The notes beneath the pieces were generated by a model. It saw only the letters and a list, made by a program, of their open reading frames with translations. It did not search any database and had not been told where the DNA came from. The position numbers and the translations under genes were made by a program. Shown here in pieces: positions 38,970 through 48,690 of a stretch of DNA of 64,000 nucleotides. Each line of letters begins with the position of its first letter. Positions within the stretch are counted from its first letter, which is position 1. The DNA is from a virus (Duplodnaviria > Caudoviricetes): the IMG/VR virus record IMGVR_UViG_3300031555_001441, positions 80,270 through 144,269 of that record; one strand, 5' to 3'.

Positions 38970-40559
38970 TAAATCTCCTGTCCATATATAAAGATGACGT
39001 TTGGCACGTGTTATACCTACATAATAAAGATTGAGGTTTTCTTCATTAGTTAATCGAAACGATTTACCTCCTACATTCAGTAACATCACTGAATCATATT
39101 CAAGACCCTTCACTGAATGAATAGTTCCTACATAAATATCTGCAAGGGCAATATCAGTCGCATCATCTTGAGCATACATCTCTAATAGCTTGTCTAACAG
39201 CTCTGATCTTCTATGAATCTCAACGTCGCTAGGAAGACGCTTTGGACCTATATGTTCAACAAATTTGTGCATGTCATACTGCGATTTGATGCTCATGAGT
39301 TCTTGTTTGTAGTTACAAAGTAGTTCTACTGTATCAACAAGATAATCAGCTTCCCACGATCTTACAAAGTCTGTTACAAACTCATCAAATGTAAGCTTGT
39401 GTTCATATATCCGATGAATATATTTAAGATAAGTTCCAGCTCGCAGTTTACTAGCCAACCATGTTATGGCATACTCTGGATCTTTCAGTGATCTGATAAT
39501 AGCTGCAGTTTGATTAGCTTCCGAATCTTTTAACGTGATAGGAATGTTGAGAGATTTCATCAAATTTGCAATTTGTTGAACTTCGGAATTTGTCCTAACT
39601 AAAATTGCACATGTTCCTCCGTTATTGACGTGAAAACGATTACAATCAATCAGTATTTGCTTCAACGTATCTAATTGATCATAATGTGTGCAAAACACAG
39701 GATCACCTTCGACACATGAATTTATCTTGACACGGTAACTTTCTTCACCGTGTTCACTGTTATGATTTGCAAAATCACAGATCTGCGATGTTGACCGATA
39801 ATTATAAGTGAGTTTCACTTTGTACCAATTGTTATCATCTGCAAGATTCTTAACAATAGATGAATCGGCACCTCTGAACGCATATATAGCTTGCAATGCG
39901 TCAGCAACTACAAATAACTTAGATGTTTGAAATGACGATACAAACTCCCACTGTTTCGGATCTGTATCCTGAAATTCATCTACAAATATGTATTCGTATT
40001 TCGCTTTATATTTCTGAATACAACTCGCGTCTTCTACAAACAGTTTACATACATCATAGCACATTATATCAAACGTGATAAGATTTCTGTTCAACAGAAT
40101 TCTCTTTGTTGCTTTATGTAGTGTACTTCGTATAAATTCTGATGCTATTTGAAGTTTCTTCTCTGATAATTTGATTCCAGACTGCTCGGCAGCCATTTTT
40201 GAAATCTCTTTCATCTCAGCTTCGGTTGCAATGTCAGGTACAGTACCATAACCAATCGCTTCTCTGACAATAGAATCTGATGCTATCAATGAATAACAGA
40301 AGCTATGAAATGTTCTAAAATTTGGAAATGTTGGATTATCTTGATCTTTTCTTCGATTGAGGTATCGAGTTTGCATTTCAAATGCGGCCGCATTAGTAAA
40401 AGTTAATACTAACATAGCCGAAGGTGAAACACCATCATTGACAAGTCTCAATATTCGTTCTATCATACAGTGTGTTTTACCACAACCGGCTCCGGCTAAA
40501 CAAAGTATCTTATCATTATTAGTGTAAACAGCTTCTCTCTGTTCTTTGTTTAATTCCAT
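38925..40559 (-). CDS. UvrD/Rep/PcrA-family SF1 helicase
   Basis: AGAGCGKT, LTFTNAAA, TFHSF, VDEFQD, QAIYAFRGA, NYRS, TIHSVKGLE and YVGITRAK motifs. Confidence 0.92.
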   Translation of the reverse strand: MELNKEQREAVYTNNDKILCLAGAGCGKTHCMIERILRLVNDGVSPSAMLVLTFTNAAAFEMQTRYLNRRKDQDNPTFPNFRTFHSFCYSLIASDSIVREAIGYGTVPDIATEAEMKEISKMAAEQSGIKLSEKKLQIASEFIRSTLHKATKRILLNRNLITFDIMCYDVCKLFVEDASCIQKYKAKYEYIFVDEFQDTDPKQWEFVSSFQTSKLFVVADALQAIYAFRGADSSIVKNLADDNNWYKVKLTYNYRSTSQICDFANHNSEHGEESYRVKINSCVEGDPVFCTHYDQLDTLKQILIDCNRFHVNNGGTCAILVRTNSEVQQIANLMKSLNIPITLKDSEANQTAAIIRSLKDPEYAITWLASKLRAGTYLKYIHRIYEHKLTFDEFVTDFVRSWEADYLVDTVELLCNYKQELMSIKSQYDMHKFVEHIGPKRLPSDVEIHRRSELLDKLLEMYAQDDATDIALADIYVGTIHSVKGLEYDSVMLLNVGGKSFRLTNEENLNLYYVGITRAKRHLYIWTGDLYEYEQEQLSFENDG

Positions 40560-40641
40560 GTTTGATCTCCTCAGTTATAAAAAAAATAAGAACATGTATA
40601 TCTTAACGATGTACATGTTCTATAACGATTCTTACTCTTGA

Positions 40642-41598
40642 TCAGATACCTCGAACGTCAACTGCGTCAACTGTGCTCTTATTCATATTTATATTGTACT
40701 TCGCTGATGAGAAATCATATCCGTCATCTTCATTCCAGTACACTATATCGGATTCGTCAACATGAAGTGTTATCTTGGCCTTCAGCTGATATCGACCTTT
40801 TATTGCTGGGATGTAAGGCAGAAGCAGCTCATCAACAGCTTCAATGACAGATGTGTTGTCCATCAGCTCGAATTCAGGATAATTCTCAGATATCCATCTC
40901 CATCCCCTATCTGTTTGAGCTGCCCAATCAGTGGATTCATATTCCCACTCATCAGCGTTCCTTACGGCTATGATAGTGTCAATGTTGATCTCAAATTCTT
41001 CTTCAGTGTTGAAAATCTCTTCAGGTTCTTCAGGATCTTCTGGACCAAGCTCATATGGATTCCACATGAATTCTTGCGCAGCATTAACATCGTTTGTATA
41101 ATTATAATATCTGCGATATTCAGCTACAGCTTCGTTGACCACCTGCGGTATGTACTTGTCAATATCTGATGGCTTCTTTATCTTGCGCATATCGATATTA
41201 AACGATACAGAAATTTCAGATTCATCGTCATTAACATCAAAGTCAACTACAACTCGGTTGTAATCTACTATGTAGATGTCCCTCATCTGTACCCATACGT
41301 CTTCGTCTTTTCTCAATTCATCTGAAATTCTTGATGCAACTTTATCACCGAATTCCATCAATTCTTCAGTAGTAAAATACTGATATGGATCTATGTCATA
41401 AGCTCCGCCGTAATTTCTGCGAGCTGCGGTGATAGGTTCATTTGATTCAGCTTCGGAAGTAGTTGCGTGACCACGTTTCTTCATATCGTCATACACGAAT
41501 TGAATACTGTCTCGCAACAGCTTATGAAAATCTAGTTCATCAACTCGTCTATCAAATTCTTCATCAGAAAGTGAAGTATGTAACACATATTCTTTCAT
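40642..41598 (-). CDS. acidic hypothetical protein, possible virion-internal polyprotein
   Basis: Internal ITAA and VNAA motifs separate three segments. Confidence 0.6.
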   Translation of the reverse strand: MKEYVLHTSLSDEEFDRRVDELDFHKLLRDSIQFVYDDMKKRGHATTSEAESNEPITAARRNYGGAYDIDPYQYFTTEELMEFGDKVASRISDELRKDEDVWVQMRDIYIVDYNRVVVDFDVNDDESEISVSFNIDMRKIKKPSDIDKYIPQVVNEAVAEYRRYYNYTNDVNAAQEFMWNPYELGPEDPEEPEEIFNTEEEFEINIDTIIAVRNADEWEYESTDWAAQTDRGWRWISENYPEFELMDNTSVIEAVDELLLPYIPAIKGRYQLKAKITLHVDESDIVYWNEDDGYDFSSAKYNINMNKSTVDAVDVRGI

Positions 41599-42572
41599 CG
41601 ATTATTTCTCCTTCCTTCTTTCTTGAATGTGTCTACTAAGCGTCGAATACTTGCTTTATCCGCCTCGGTTATATTATCTTTTTCTTTCTTCATGAATACA
41701 GTTAGTAAATACACACGATCTGTATTCAAGAAACTTACATATATAACTCTGCCACTGCGACTCTTACTACGCCCTTCGACCCTCATGCGAATCTTACGAG
41801 CTCCATTTGTGTCTATTATTAGATCTCCTGCAGTCTCGGGATCTTTGAGTATATCATTCTCAAGAGCACGTAACACATCGTCTGAAAGTCCAAGGTATTG
41901 CCAAGCAGCAGTAAACGCAGGTGCTTCTATAAACATCTTTGATGATTCATTACATTCTATAACGATTTGTTGGTTTGATCTGATGCTTCGAGTATTGTGT
42001 GCTACAATCAACTTACCTCTACGTGTAGCATCAGGGAACACTTCTCTTATTTCGTCAAGATATCCTTCAGTCTTTCTATTCAGTTGATAGCCAGCCTTTG
42101 TCGGACCTTCGTTGCCTTCGCCTGTTCCTTCATATACAGTAATGTAGACCGTGCCACTTGGTTTAACAAGTTTCTTAATATTCTGAAGGACATTCTGTCT
42201 GACTTCAGGTTCTTTGATAACATTAAGGACGTTAGAACATGTAGCCGTATCTGCACCATTGTGTTCTTTCACAAGTCGTATAACTTCCTTATTGTGGTCA
42301 GCTGTCCTATTATACGGATCATATACAAGATTGACGACATCATACTGTACTAGATATTCAGCTGCCGTATCTGCACGGCCACCACCATAATCTAGGTTGA
42401 TTGTTCCCGGTTCCCAGTTCTTTACAAGCCGAAAAACTGCAGGTACTTTGCTGAAATTTATAGATGTATTTTCAGATGTAAACTCTTGGTCGATTTCTTT
42501 TATATCATCTTCATACTGCTCAAATGATGTGTCTTCTTGAGCAGCAACTATTCGTTTATGTTTTATTCGCAT
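41595..42572 (-). CDS. SAM-dependent methyltransferase-like domain fused to a RelE/HigB-like toxin domain
   Basis: LDYGGG..YDPY..CSNVLNVI, then FIE...F...L..P..GD.I..T.GARKIR....SK..SGRVIY....YLLTVF.K.EKDNIT. Confidence 0.75.
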   Translation of the reverse strand: MRIKHKRIVAAQEDTSFEQYEDDIKEIDQEFTSENTSINFSKVPAVFRLVKNWEPGTINLDYGGGRADTAAEYLVQYDVVNLVYDPYNRTADHNKEVIRLVKEHNGADTATCSNVLNVIKEPEVRQNVLQNIKKLVKPSGTVYITVYEGTGEGNEGPTKAGYQLNRKTEGYLDEIREVFPDATRRGKLIVAHNTRSIRSNQQIVIECNESSKMFIEAPAFTAAWQYLGLSDDVLRALENDILKDPETAGDLIIDTNGARKIRMRVEGRSKSRSGRVIYVSFLNTDRVYLLTVFMKKEKDNITEADKASIRRLVDTFKKEGRRNNR

Positions 42573-42574
42573 TC

Positions 42575-42769
42575 TTATTTCTCCGTTTCTTTTGTAGCTG
42601 CCCGTCTGATTTCTCGAATTTCATGTTTGTGTTTACCTTCAAGATAACAAGCATACGAACAATAATGAACTATACTGTGATCAAACTTCAACTTATATAC
42701 ATTGAATCGAGGTTTTATGAATTTCTTCTGACAGATCGGGCACACCCATAATCCGTCAGCTGGCTTCAT
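42575..42769 (-). CDS. small Zn-finger protein
   Basis: CPIC...YCSYAC. Confidence 0.55.
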   Translation of the reverse strand: MKPADGLWVCPICQKKFIKPRFNVYKLKFDHSIVHYCSYACYLEGKHKHEIREIRRAATKETEK

Positions 42770-43155
42770 CTGTCCTGTACCTCAGTCACAATCCATTTCA
42801 GAATCTGATCTGATTCATGCTCGCAGAGCGGACAAATTCCGGATATCTTCTTGACATCTTGATCACTCTTTATAACAGCAGATATGAAGATACCATGACA
42901 TCTATCACATTCTGCTATGTAATGATCGGCAATGTTGTTATCAATTTCAATCGTCGGATCGTCTTCAGTGATATCGTCTAGTTGATCTTGAATATCTTCG
43001 ACGTCATCTGAAAGATCATCTATAGCATCAGCAGCATCTTCATCGTCTTCTAGAACTTCCTCGTCAGTGAGTTCTACATCACCGGTATCCGAGTCACCCC
43101 ATATATCATCGTCTGCTGCAGTTATAGGTACTTTACGATTTGCTGTTATTTTCAT
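42766..43155 (-). CDS. acidic protein with C-terminal Zn ribbon and MKITAN tag
   Basis: CDRC...CPLC; class B promoter at 43191. Confidence 0.65.
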   Translation of the reverse strand: MKITANRKVPITAADDDIWGDSDTGDVELTDEEVLEDDEDAADAIDDLSDDVEDIQDQLDDITEDDPTIEIDNNIADHYIAECDRCHGIFISAVIKSDQDVKKISGICPLCEHESDQILKWIVTEVQDR

Positions 43156-43221
43156 ATTACAAACATCTCCTCATATTTTAGTTATATAAATATAGAAGGT
43201 TAAACATAAAAGTTATGTAGG

Positions 43222-44118
43222 TTATTTGATATAGTTAGTAACTGCAAGCCGATCTGCAAACTGAAGCATATAGACGAGAGGATAGTTTTCATTTGCATAA
43301 TGAAGATCATTCATTTCGTTATCAGCGACATTGTATTCACCCATGTGCCATCTAATGGCAAGACTCTCTTCTTCGTTCAATCTGAAGAATTTCATGACCA
43401 TCATCAAAGAGGATACGCCATGTCCAAATGGATACACTCTGCGCTCTGTCGTTCTGTATGCTATCTGCTGCGACCACACACCTGTTGCATCGTCTTTGAC
43501 ATTCTTCATGTAGGATTCATACAATCCAATTTTGCACCAGTCGTGCACCAGAGCAAGCAGAATGATATCTTCAATGCATTCTGTAGGAAACAGACCGGTC
43601 TCAAACAGTTTAGCTGCTTCTAGAGCAACTCTCAGAGTGTGATACAATAAGCCGCCGGCTACTGCATCATGATAGATAGTAGATGCGGGCGCATCAAAAA
43701 AGTCAGTATTATGCAGCCAATTCAGACATCTTGTTACCTGCTTCATAGGAACATCTTCAGAATAATAGGGCAGCTCCTGTGCATCTACGTTTCTGTAGGG
43801 CTTTTGATATCTGAGAAGTATGCAAGCTGTCAGGAGATCATCATACAGATCAACTTGAATCCCATGCGAAAGCGGATGTATGCTGTTCATCTTAGAGAAG
43901 GACAGTAATCTATATTCAGGACGTTGCTTAAATAGTTCAAAATCGGAATCCAAGAAGTGATCATTCAGACTCAAATCTTCTTTGTGTTCTGGATCATATC
44001 TAACAACCGTACGGGTATTTGTAGCAAATGCGATCCAGCCCGTCACATCTTTGTAAAATTTATAGACGAGTTCATTCATTGTTGTGTTCCTTATCATCCT
44101 TGTCATCATGATGATCAT
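43222..44118 (-). CDS. HD-domain phosphohydrolase
   Basis: APAS..YH....GGLLYHTL.V, HDWCKIG, GHG, AIRWHMG and AD motifs. Confidence 0.85.
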   Translation of the reverse strand: MIIMMTRMIRNTTMNELVYKFYKDVTGWIAFATNTRTVVRYDPEHKEDLSLNDHFLDSDFELFKQRPEYRLLSFSKMNSIHPLSHGIQVDLYDDLLTACILLRYQKPYRNVDAQELPYYSEDVPMKQVTRCLNWLHNTDFFDAPASTIYHDAVAGGLLYHTLRVALEAAKLFETGLFPTECIEDIILLALVHDWCKIGLYESYMKNVKDDATGVWSQQIAYRTTERRVYPFGHGVSSLMMVMKFFRLNEEESLAIRWHMGEYNVADNEMNDLHYANENYPLVYMLQFADRLAVTNYIK

Positions 44119-44449
44119 TCATCAATTCATGTAATGCATTCAAGTCTATCTTTATAGACTGTATATGCATACCATTGGCATCTTGATCATGATCTTCACA
44201 CAGATCCGAATCTGTATCTGTATCTGAATCGTCGTCAGATTCGATCTCTTTTTCGTATGCAAATAGTAATGCATTTGAAAAAGAATGCTGAATGTACATC
44301 AACGTGCGAGCCTTGAACTCTTCAGGAGCACAGTTAACTAACGCGCTTGCTAAACTAGCAGCAATGTGTTCGGCATCTTGCATCAGCGTAGTCAAGCTAC
44401 CTTTAACTTTACAACTTACAGATTCTTCAGTGGCGACTATTTCTATCAT
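44072..44449 (-). CDS. hypothetical protein
   Basis: 125-aa ORF with AGGAG RBS. Confidence 0.55.
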   Translation of the reverse strand: MIEIVATEESVSCKVKGSLTTLMQDAEHIAASLASALVNCAPEEFKARTLMYIQHSFSNALLFAYEKEIESDDDSDTDTDSDLCEDHDQDANGMHIQSIKIDLNALHELMNDHHDDKDDKEHNNE

Positions 44450-44636
44450 CTTAATCGATCTCCTTGTATTCAGATTTCATGTATACTGCGATTGCGTCTG
44501 CAGTAGACTGATTGTTTGATTTTGGTATGTTGAGATGTTCACAAAGCTCAGATTCCGGAACTTCAAATATAGCATCTATCATGGAACCTATACTAAGTGT
44601 TGAAACAGCATGTTCAAACTGAGTCATGATATCACC

Positions 44637-44864
44637 TCACCAGATTCTAGACCCTTGAGTTTCAGCCATCGTTTGATAGGCTTTCAACTCTGCAAGAGTG
44701 ATGTTGTGTATAACGATTGTAAGTTCTCCGTCCCGCTTCACAATGTCGTAACGAACTGCTCTGCGTCCCTTACCTGGGCGCTTAAAAGCTGCCCGAGTTG
44801 CCTCAGTATAGATATGAGCGTATTGATTCGGATAATCGAATACAAACGGTTCTACAAGTTTCAT
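44637..44864 (-). CDS. hypothetical protein
   Basis: 75-aa ORF with GGAGG RBS. Confidence 0.55.
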   Translation of the reverse strand: MKLVEPFVFDYPNQYAHIYTEATRAAFKRPGKGRRAVRYDIVKRDGELTIVIHNITLAELKAYQTMAETQGSRIW

Positions 44865-44875
44865 GTGTTACCTCC

Positions 44876-45322
44876 TTAATATTCGTAATCGTAGTAGTAA
44901 TCAGCAATGCCGAAAGACACATTCATGCGATAGTACTTGCTCTGTTTGCCTTTTTCTTTGATTTTGTTTATGTCGTAGCCGTTGATGGCGAGATAGATCT
45001 GTTCCTCAGCAGTGAGTTCTTTGCTTACCATTTCGCGTGTTACAGTTGATACTGCATACCAATAATTGCCGCGCTTCACCATTTCTTTTGTAGGATTGTT
45101 TGTGTTGCTGACGAGCTTCCATTCGTTGCTGTAAGGACCTCCAACGCACTTGTGATCGTATTCACGAACTACTACATGTTTCTGATCATAAACTTCGATG
45201 ACCTCGTATGCGTGTCTATCGCTGTACAGATACTCTGTCATACCTGTACCAACTTTTATCTCTTCGGTGAACATGTGATTTTCTTCTAATCTGTTGTTAA
45301 GACTTCCGTACCATTTCTGCAT
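44876..45322 (-). CDS. conserved phage hypothetical protein
   Basis: VGTGMTEYLYSDRHAYEV...FGIADYYYDYEY; first gene after class C repeat copy 3. Confidence 0.65.
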   Translation of the reverse strand: MQKWYGSLNNRLEENHMFTEEIKVGTGMTEYLYSDRHAYEVIEVYDQKHVVVREYDHKCVGGPYSNEWKLVSNTNNPTKEMVKRGNYWYAVSTVTREMVSKELTAEEQIYLAINGYDINKIKEKGKQSKYYRMNVSFGIADYYYDYEY

Positions 45323-45351
45323 CTCTGTGATCTCCTTGTTTTGATTTATTC

Positions 45352-45419
45352 TACAAGTATATTATAAGTCCATATGATTATATCAGTATTATATATTTAT
45401 TAAATTTTTATAAATTTTA
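45352..45419 (-). promoter_or_regulatory. 68-bp class C repeat, copy 3
   Basis: Near-identical to the other two copies. Confidence 0.75.
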
Positions 45420-45491
45420 GAAATCAAAACATAGAAAAAGCGTCTGATGCAAGAACATCAAACGCTCGAAAGAGAGGTATAATAATGAGAA

Positions 45492-45785
45492 TTAAATGCC
45501 GTCGTAGTGATCTGTATGATTTGCATCGGAAGCAATCTTCGTTACAGCTTGATGTGCTCCCGTAGCAGCAAGCCCAGACGCAATACCGCTTGCTATTGAT
45601 GTCAGGAACGGAATTATTTCAAAAGTTTCCATTCCGAAGAAGTATACAATGATACCTAGAACAAATCCAATTATACCACACATGAGGGGTATCCATTTGG
45701 TGTTCCATTTTGTAAGTTTATAAAGCTGCCCACAGCCGAAAGCTATCGCTGTGATTGCAGGGATAGTTGCAATTCCAAGATTCAT
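45492..45785 (-). CDS. putative holin
   Basis: Three hydrophobic segments; KWIP..CG..G..LG and GIASGLAATGAHQ, typical of Bacillota phage holins. Confidence 0.75.
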   Translation of the reverse strand: MNLGIATIPAITAIAFGCGQLYKLTKWNTKWIPLMCGIIGFVLGIIVYFFGMETFEIIPFLTSIASGIASGLAATGAHQAVTKIASDANHTDHYDGI

Positions 45786-45837
45786 AACACGTACCTCCAA
45801 GTTTATATTTATTCAATTATTATATAAGGTCCTGCTC

Positions 45838-46314
45838 TTAGATGTATTCTTCTATTTCACCTTCATAGTCGAGCATTTTCTTTCTATTGTTTGGAATGGT
45901 TCGTATCTCTTTATAAGGGATAGTCCATTTAGCAATCTTCAGTATGTTAAGAGATTTGATACCTTGATCTTCAAGAGCTTTGATATCTTCTATATGAAAA
46001 CAAAATGCACGTTTGTAGTATGTGAATAGAACAATGACCAAACCATACACATGCGCTATTTTCGACTTCTCAAGAAGTTTATCGTGCTGAGAGTCAGATA
46101 TCATTGAAAAGTCAAACCGATCTTTTTCAGTTTCTTTACTCTCAATGTAGTACTCATTTGGACTTTTAAATACTTTGAAATCGGCAGGATTTCGGCTGAC
46201 TTGATAATATCCTGACATCTGTGCGTACAGCCGGTCAGTTGAATATCCGTCTTGCGGACGATCTAACCATTTCCTTATTTGAGTTTCAGCATCTGTTCCT
46301 GTACGGTCATTCAT
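45838..46314 (-). CDS. RecU-like Holliday junction resolvase
   Basis: PADF......YIESKET...F.FS.IS..Q...L PD-(D/E)XK pattern. Confidence 0.7.
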   Translation of the reverse strand: MNDRTGTDAETQIRKWLDRPQDGYSTDRLYAQMSGYYQVSRNPADFKVFKSPNEYYIESKETEKDRFDFSMISDSQHDKLLEKSKIAHVYGLVIVLFTYYKRAFCFHIEDIKALEDQGIKSLNILKIAKWTIPYKEIRTIPNNRKKMLDYEGEIEEYI

Positions 46315-46330
46315 TATAGTTACTTATACC

Positions 46331-46594
46331 TCATCCAAGATATTCATAGTCACTGTATTCATCCTTTTCATAGAGTCTGCGAACTTGTTTGAGAAGACTC
46401 ATTCGTGAAGCTTCTACATGTGATGCTAGATCGTTACATATCTCGTCCATAGGATCTCTGTGATTGTAACCAGCGTTAAGATCATTTATCTCCTCATACA
46501 GAGCTTCAAGCTTTGCAGCTATCTTATCAAGATCATAAAGTTCATCGGCAACTTCCTGATCCTCAGGCATTGATGCTTTAACATACTTTTTCAT
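46331..46594 (-). CDS. small protein with MKKYVKAS tag
   Basis: 87-aa ORF. Confidence 0.6.
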   Translation of the reverse strand: MKKYVKASMPEDQEVADELYDLDKIAAKLEALYEEINDLNAGYNHRDPMDEICNDLASHVEASRMSLLKQVRRLYEKDEYSDYEYLG

Positions 46595-46612
46595 ATTAAC
46601 TTAAGTTCCTTT

Positions 46613-46924
46613 CTACATTCTTGAATCGCATTCGCTCATCAACTCATCTATGTAAGCTTCTGTATCTAGATCCATCTCGACCTCTTTTTTGTCTACTGCA
46701 TCATATATGTAAAGATTGTCCAGAAATTTAAATGTGTTTTCAGGTCCGTCAAAAACTAGATTATCAAAAATAGCATCAGCTTGTCTTATACAGATTTCGT
46801 TTGCATTTATAAGTGAACGAGATGCACCTCGTAGAACAGACTTACCTGTGTAAGGTGATATTGTTCTGATCTCATATCTATATTTATATGGACCATAATT
46901 TGCTGTTCTTACGTATTTTTTCAA
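46613..46924 (-). CDS. small protein with MKKYVRTA tag
   Basis: 103-aa ORF with TTG start. Confidence 0.55.
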   Translation of the reverse strand: MKKYVRTANYGPYKYRYEIRTISPYTGKSVLRGASRSLINANEICIRQADAIFDNLVFDGPENTFKFLDNLYIYDAVDKKEVEMDLDTEAYIDELMSECDSRM

Positions 46925-46930
46925 TTAGGA

Positions 46931-47623
46931 TCAACCCTCCCAGCTATCATCCAATAACGATTCATCCTCATCTTCATCAAATCCGGTGTAAGAATCGAAC
47001 CACTTCCACGCAGACTCTGCACTGTCAGCAGTCCAATCTGCATAATCTTCATCCGGTGGATACAGATCAGGATCGCCAAACATGCAGATCCAAAGGTCTT
47101 CATCTTTCTTCTTATACATCGTGTAATCTGTCAAGAAGCCGTCTGCATCAGGAACTGTCTTATGCGCAACTTCTTCCCAATCATCGTAGTTAGATTCATG
47201 GACGTCTATTCCGTTCCAATCATAAGCAGATTCAATAGTGTCGTCTTTTGTATTTCCGAATTCTTGTTTGAGATATCCGACTATATAATCAACGTCATCA
47301 TCAATCGTATCAACGCTCTTAGACAGATCTTTGAATGGAATATCGACAACGTGAACTTGTTCCTTATCGGGAACAGATACCGTTACGAAATCTTTGCGCT
47401 GTTCCCAACTGAAATCGTTCATGAAATCCTTCACAGCAGCACTGACCTTTTTCTTCAGTTCACTGAAATAGTTATCGTCATTTGCGCTTGCTACAGGTTC
47501 AACTCCGATGTTAGCTGTGTTAGTTGCGGATTCAACAGCTTCATCAATTGTACCGCCGAGTTCTATTATCTTATTTTCAACAGCATCTTTGAACTGTTCA
47601 GGAGTTCCAAAATTCTTTTTCAT
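46931..47623 (-). CDS. acidic hypothetical protein
   Basis: Internal VESA, VASA and IESA motifs. Confidence 0.65.
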   Translation of the reverse strand: MKKNFGTPEQFKDAVENKIIELGGTIDEAVESATNTANIGVEPVASANDDNYFSELKKKVSAAVKDFMNDFSWEQRKDFVTVSVPDKEQVHVVDIPFKDLSKSVDTIDDDVDYIVGYLKQEFGNTKDDTIESAYDWNGIDVHESNYDDWEEVAHKTVPDADGFLTDYTMYKKKDEDLWICMFGDPDLYPPDEDYADWTADSAESAWKWFDSYTGFDEDEDESLLDDSWEG

Positions 47624-47636
47624 TATGAATTGTACC

Positions 47637-47867
47637 TCATTCCGTTATAACATTTGCAATTCTTTGCGTGAATTCATTCAGACCTGATCTGAGTTGCGCA
47701 ATTATTTCTTCTGCGGCACTCTGAGATTCACTACCAAGTGTGCTCAGATGTTCAAGACCGGCAAGTATGTAAGAGAACGTATCATCAAGTTCTCCGATAC
47801 CTTCTTTTATTCTTTCTTCTGCCGGAGTCTCTTCGGCAGCTTTGATTGGTTTCAATAATTTTTTCAT
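47637..47867 (-). CDS. small protein with MKKLLKPIKAA tag
   Basis: 76-aa ORF with GGAGG RBS. Confidence 0.6.
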   Translation of the reverse strand: MKKLLKPIKAAEETPAEERIKEGIGELDDTFSYILAGLEHLSTLGSESQSAAEEIIAQLRSGLNEFTQRIANVITE

Positions 47868-48679
47868 TCTGTTACCTCCGGAATATCAACTATATCAATT
47901 GGCTGTATTGGAACTAGATTTGATTTCTTAACACGCTGAGAACTGCCCCAATCTTTCAGCCACTTTAAAATGTTTTCTGGACGCGTAGCATATGAGGCAG
48001 GTACAACTTTAACAATGTACTGTGCTGGAGTTTGTCCTACTATCTGGACATATATGCTACCACGATATCCAGAAGACTCAAAAGGCTGCACCCTAATAAG
48101 TTTAGGCTGTCCTATCAGGTCTTCTAACTCAGCTTCATTCAGCTCCGCTTCAAAGTCCTCACGTTCAGGCCTTGTCGGTAAATCTTTATAAAATGATTTG
48201 GCATCTGGCATCGGTTTGTTGAGCATTTCTGCCCAATCGATGCTGTTGAGATAGTCAAGAGCTTTAACTGTCTGCTGAAGTGATTCCATCTGTTCGGGAG
48301 TGGTAGCGGACAGCCCTGACCAAGATGATGTTTCGCGCATAGGCACATATTGACCATCATTGTTCTTTATGAGCGAAGCATTGTAGCTCCATGCAAGTGC
48401 TACATGGTCTTCAAATTTGCGATTCTCATCACAAGATATGCGAACTTGTATACCTGGAGCCCCAAATCTACCTTCTTCAACTCTCACCTGAAACTGAAGA
48501 GCAGAGAATTTACCTAAGTTGTACTCTAACTCGGTTTTTACAGGATCTGTAATAGCACCAACAGCATCTTGATATTGACTCCAACGAGCATTCATATCTT
48601 TATCATATGTCTCTCTTGCAGCTTCATACTCAGCTTTGCGCTTGAGTATTTCCTCTTTCCTATTTGCGGTTATTTTCAT
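47864..48679 (-). CDS. hypothetical protein with MKITANRK tag
   Basis: 271-aa ORF with GAGG RBS. Confidence 0.65.
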   Translation of the reverse strand: MKITANRKEEILKRKAEYEAARETYDKDMNARWSQYQDAVGAITDPVKTELEYNLGKFSALQFQVRVEEGRFGAPGIQVRISCDENRKFEDHVALAWSYNASLIKNNDGQYVPMRETSSWSGLSATTPEQMESLQQTVKALDYLNSIDWAEMLNKPMPDAKSFYKDLPTRPEREDFEAELNEAELEDLIGQPKLIRVQPFESSGYRGSIYVQIVGQTPAQYIVKVVPASYATRPENILKWLKDWGSSQRVKKSNLVPIQPIDIVDIPEVTE

Positions 48680-48690
48680 GTTACTACCTC

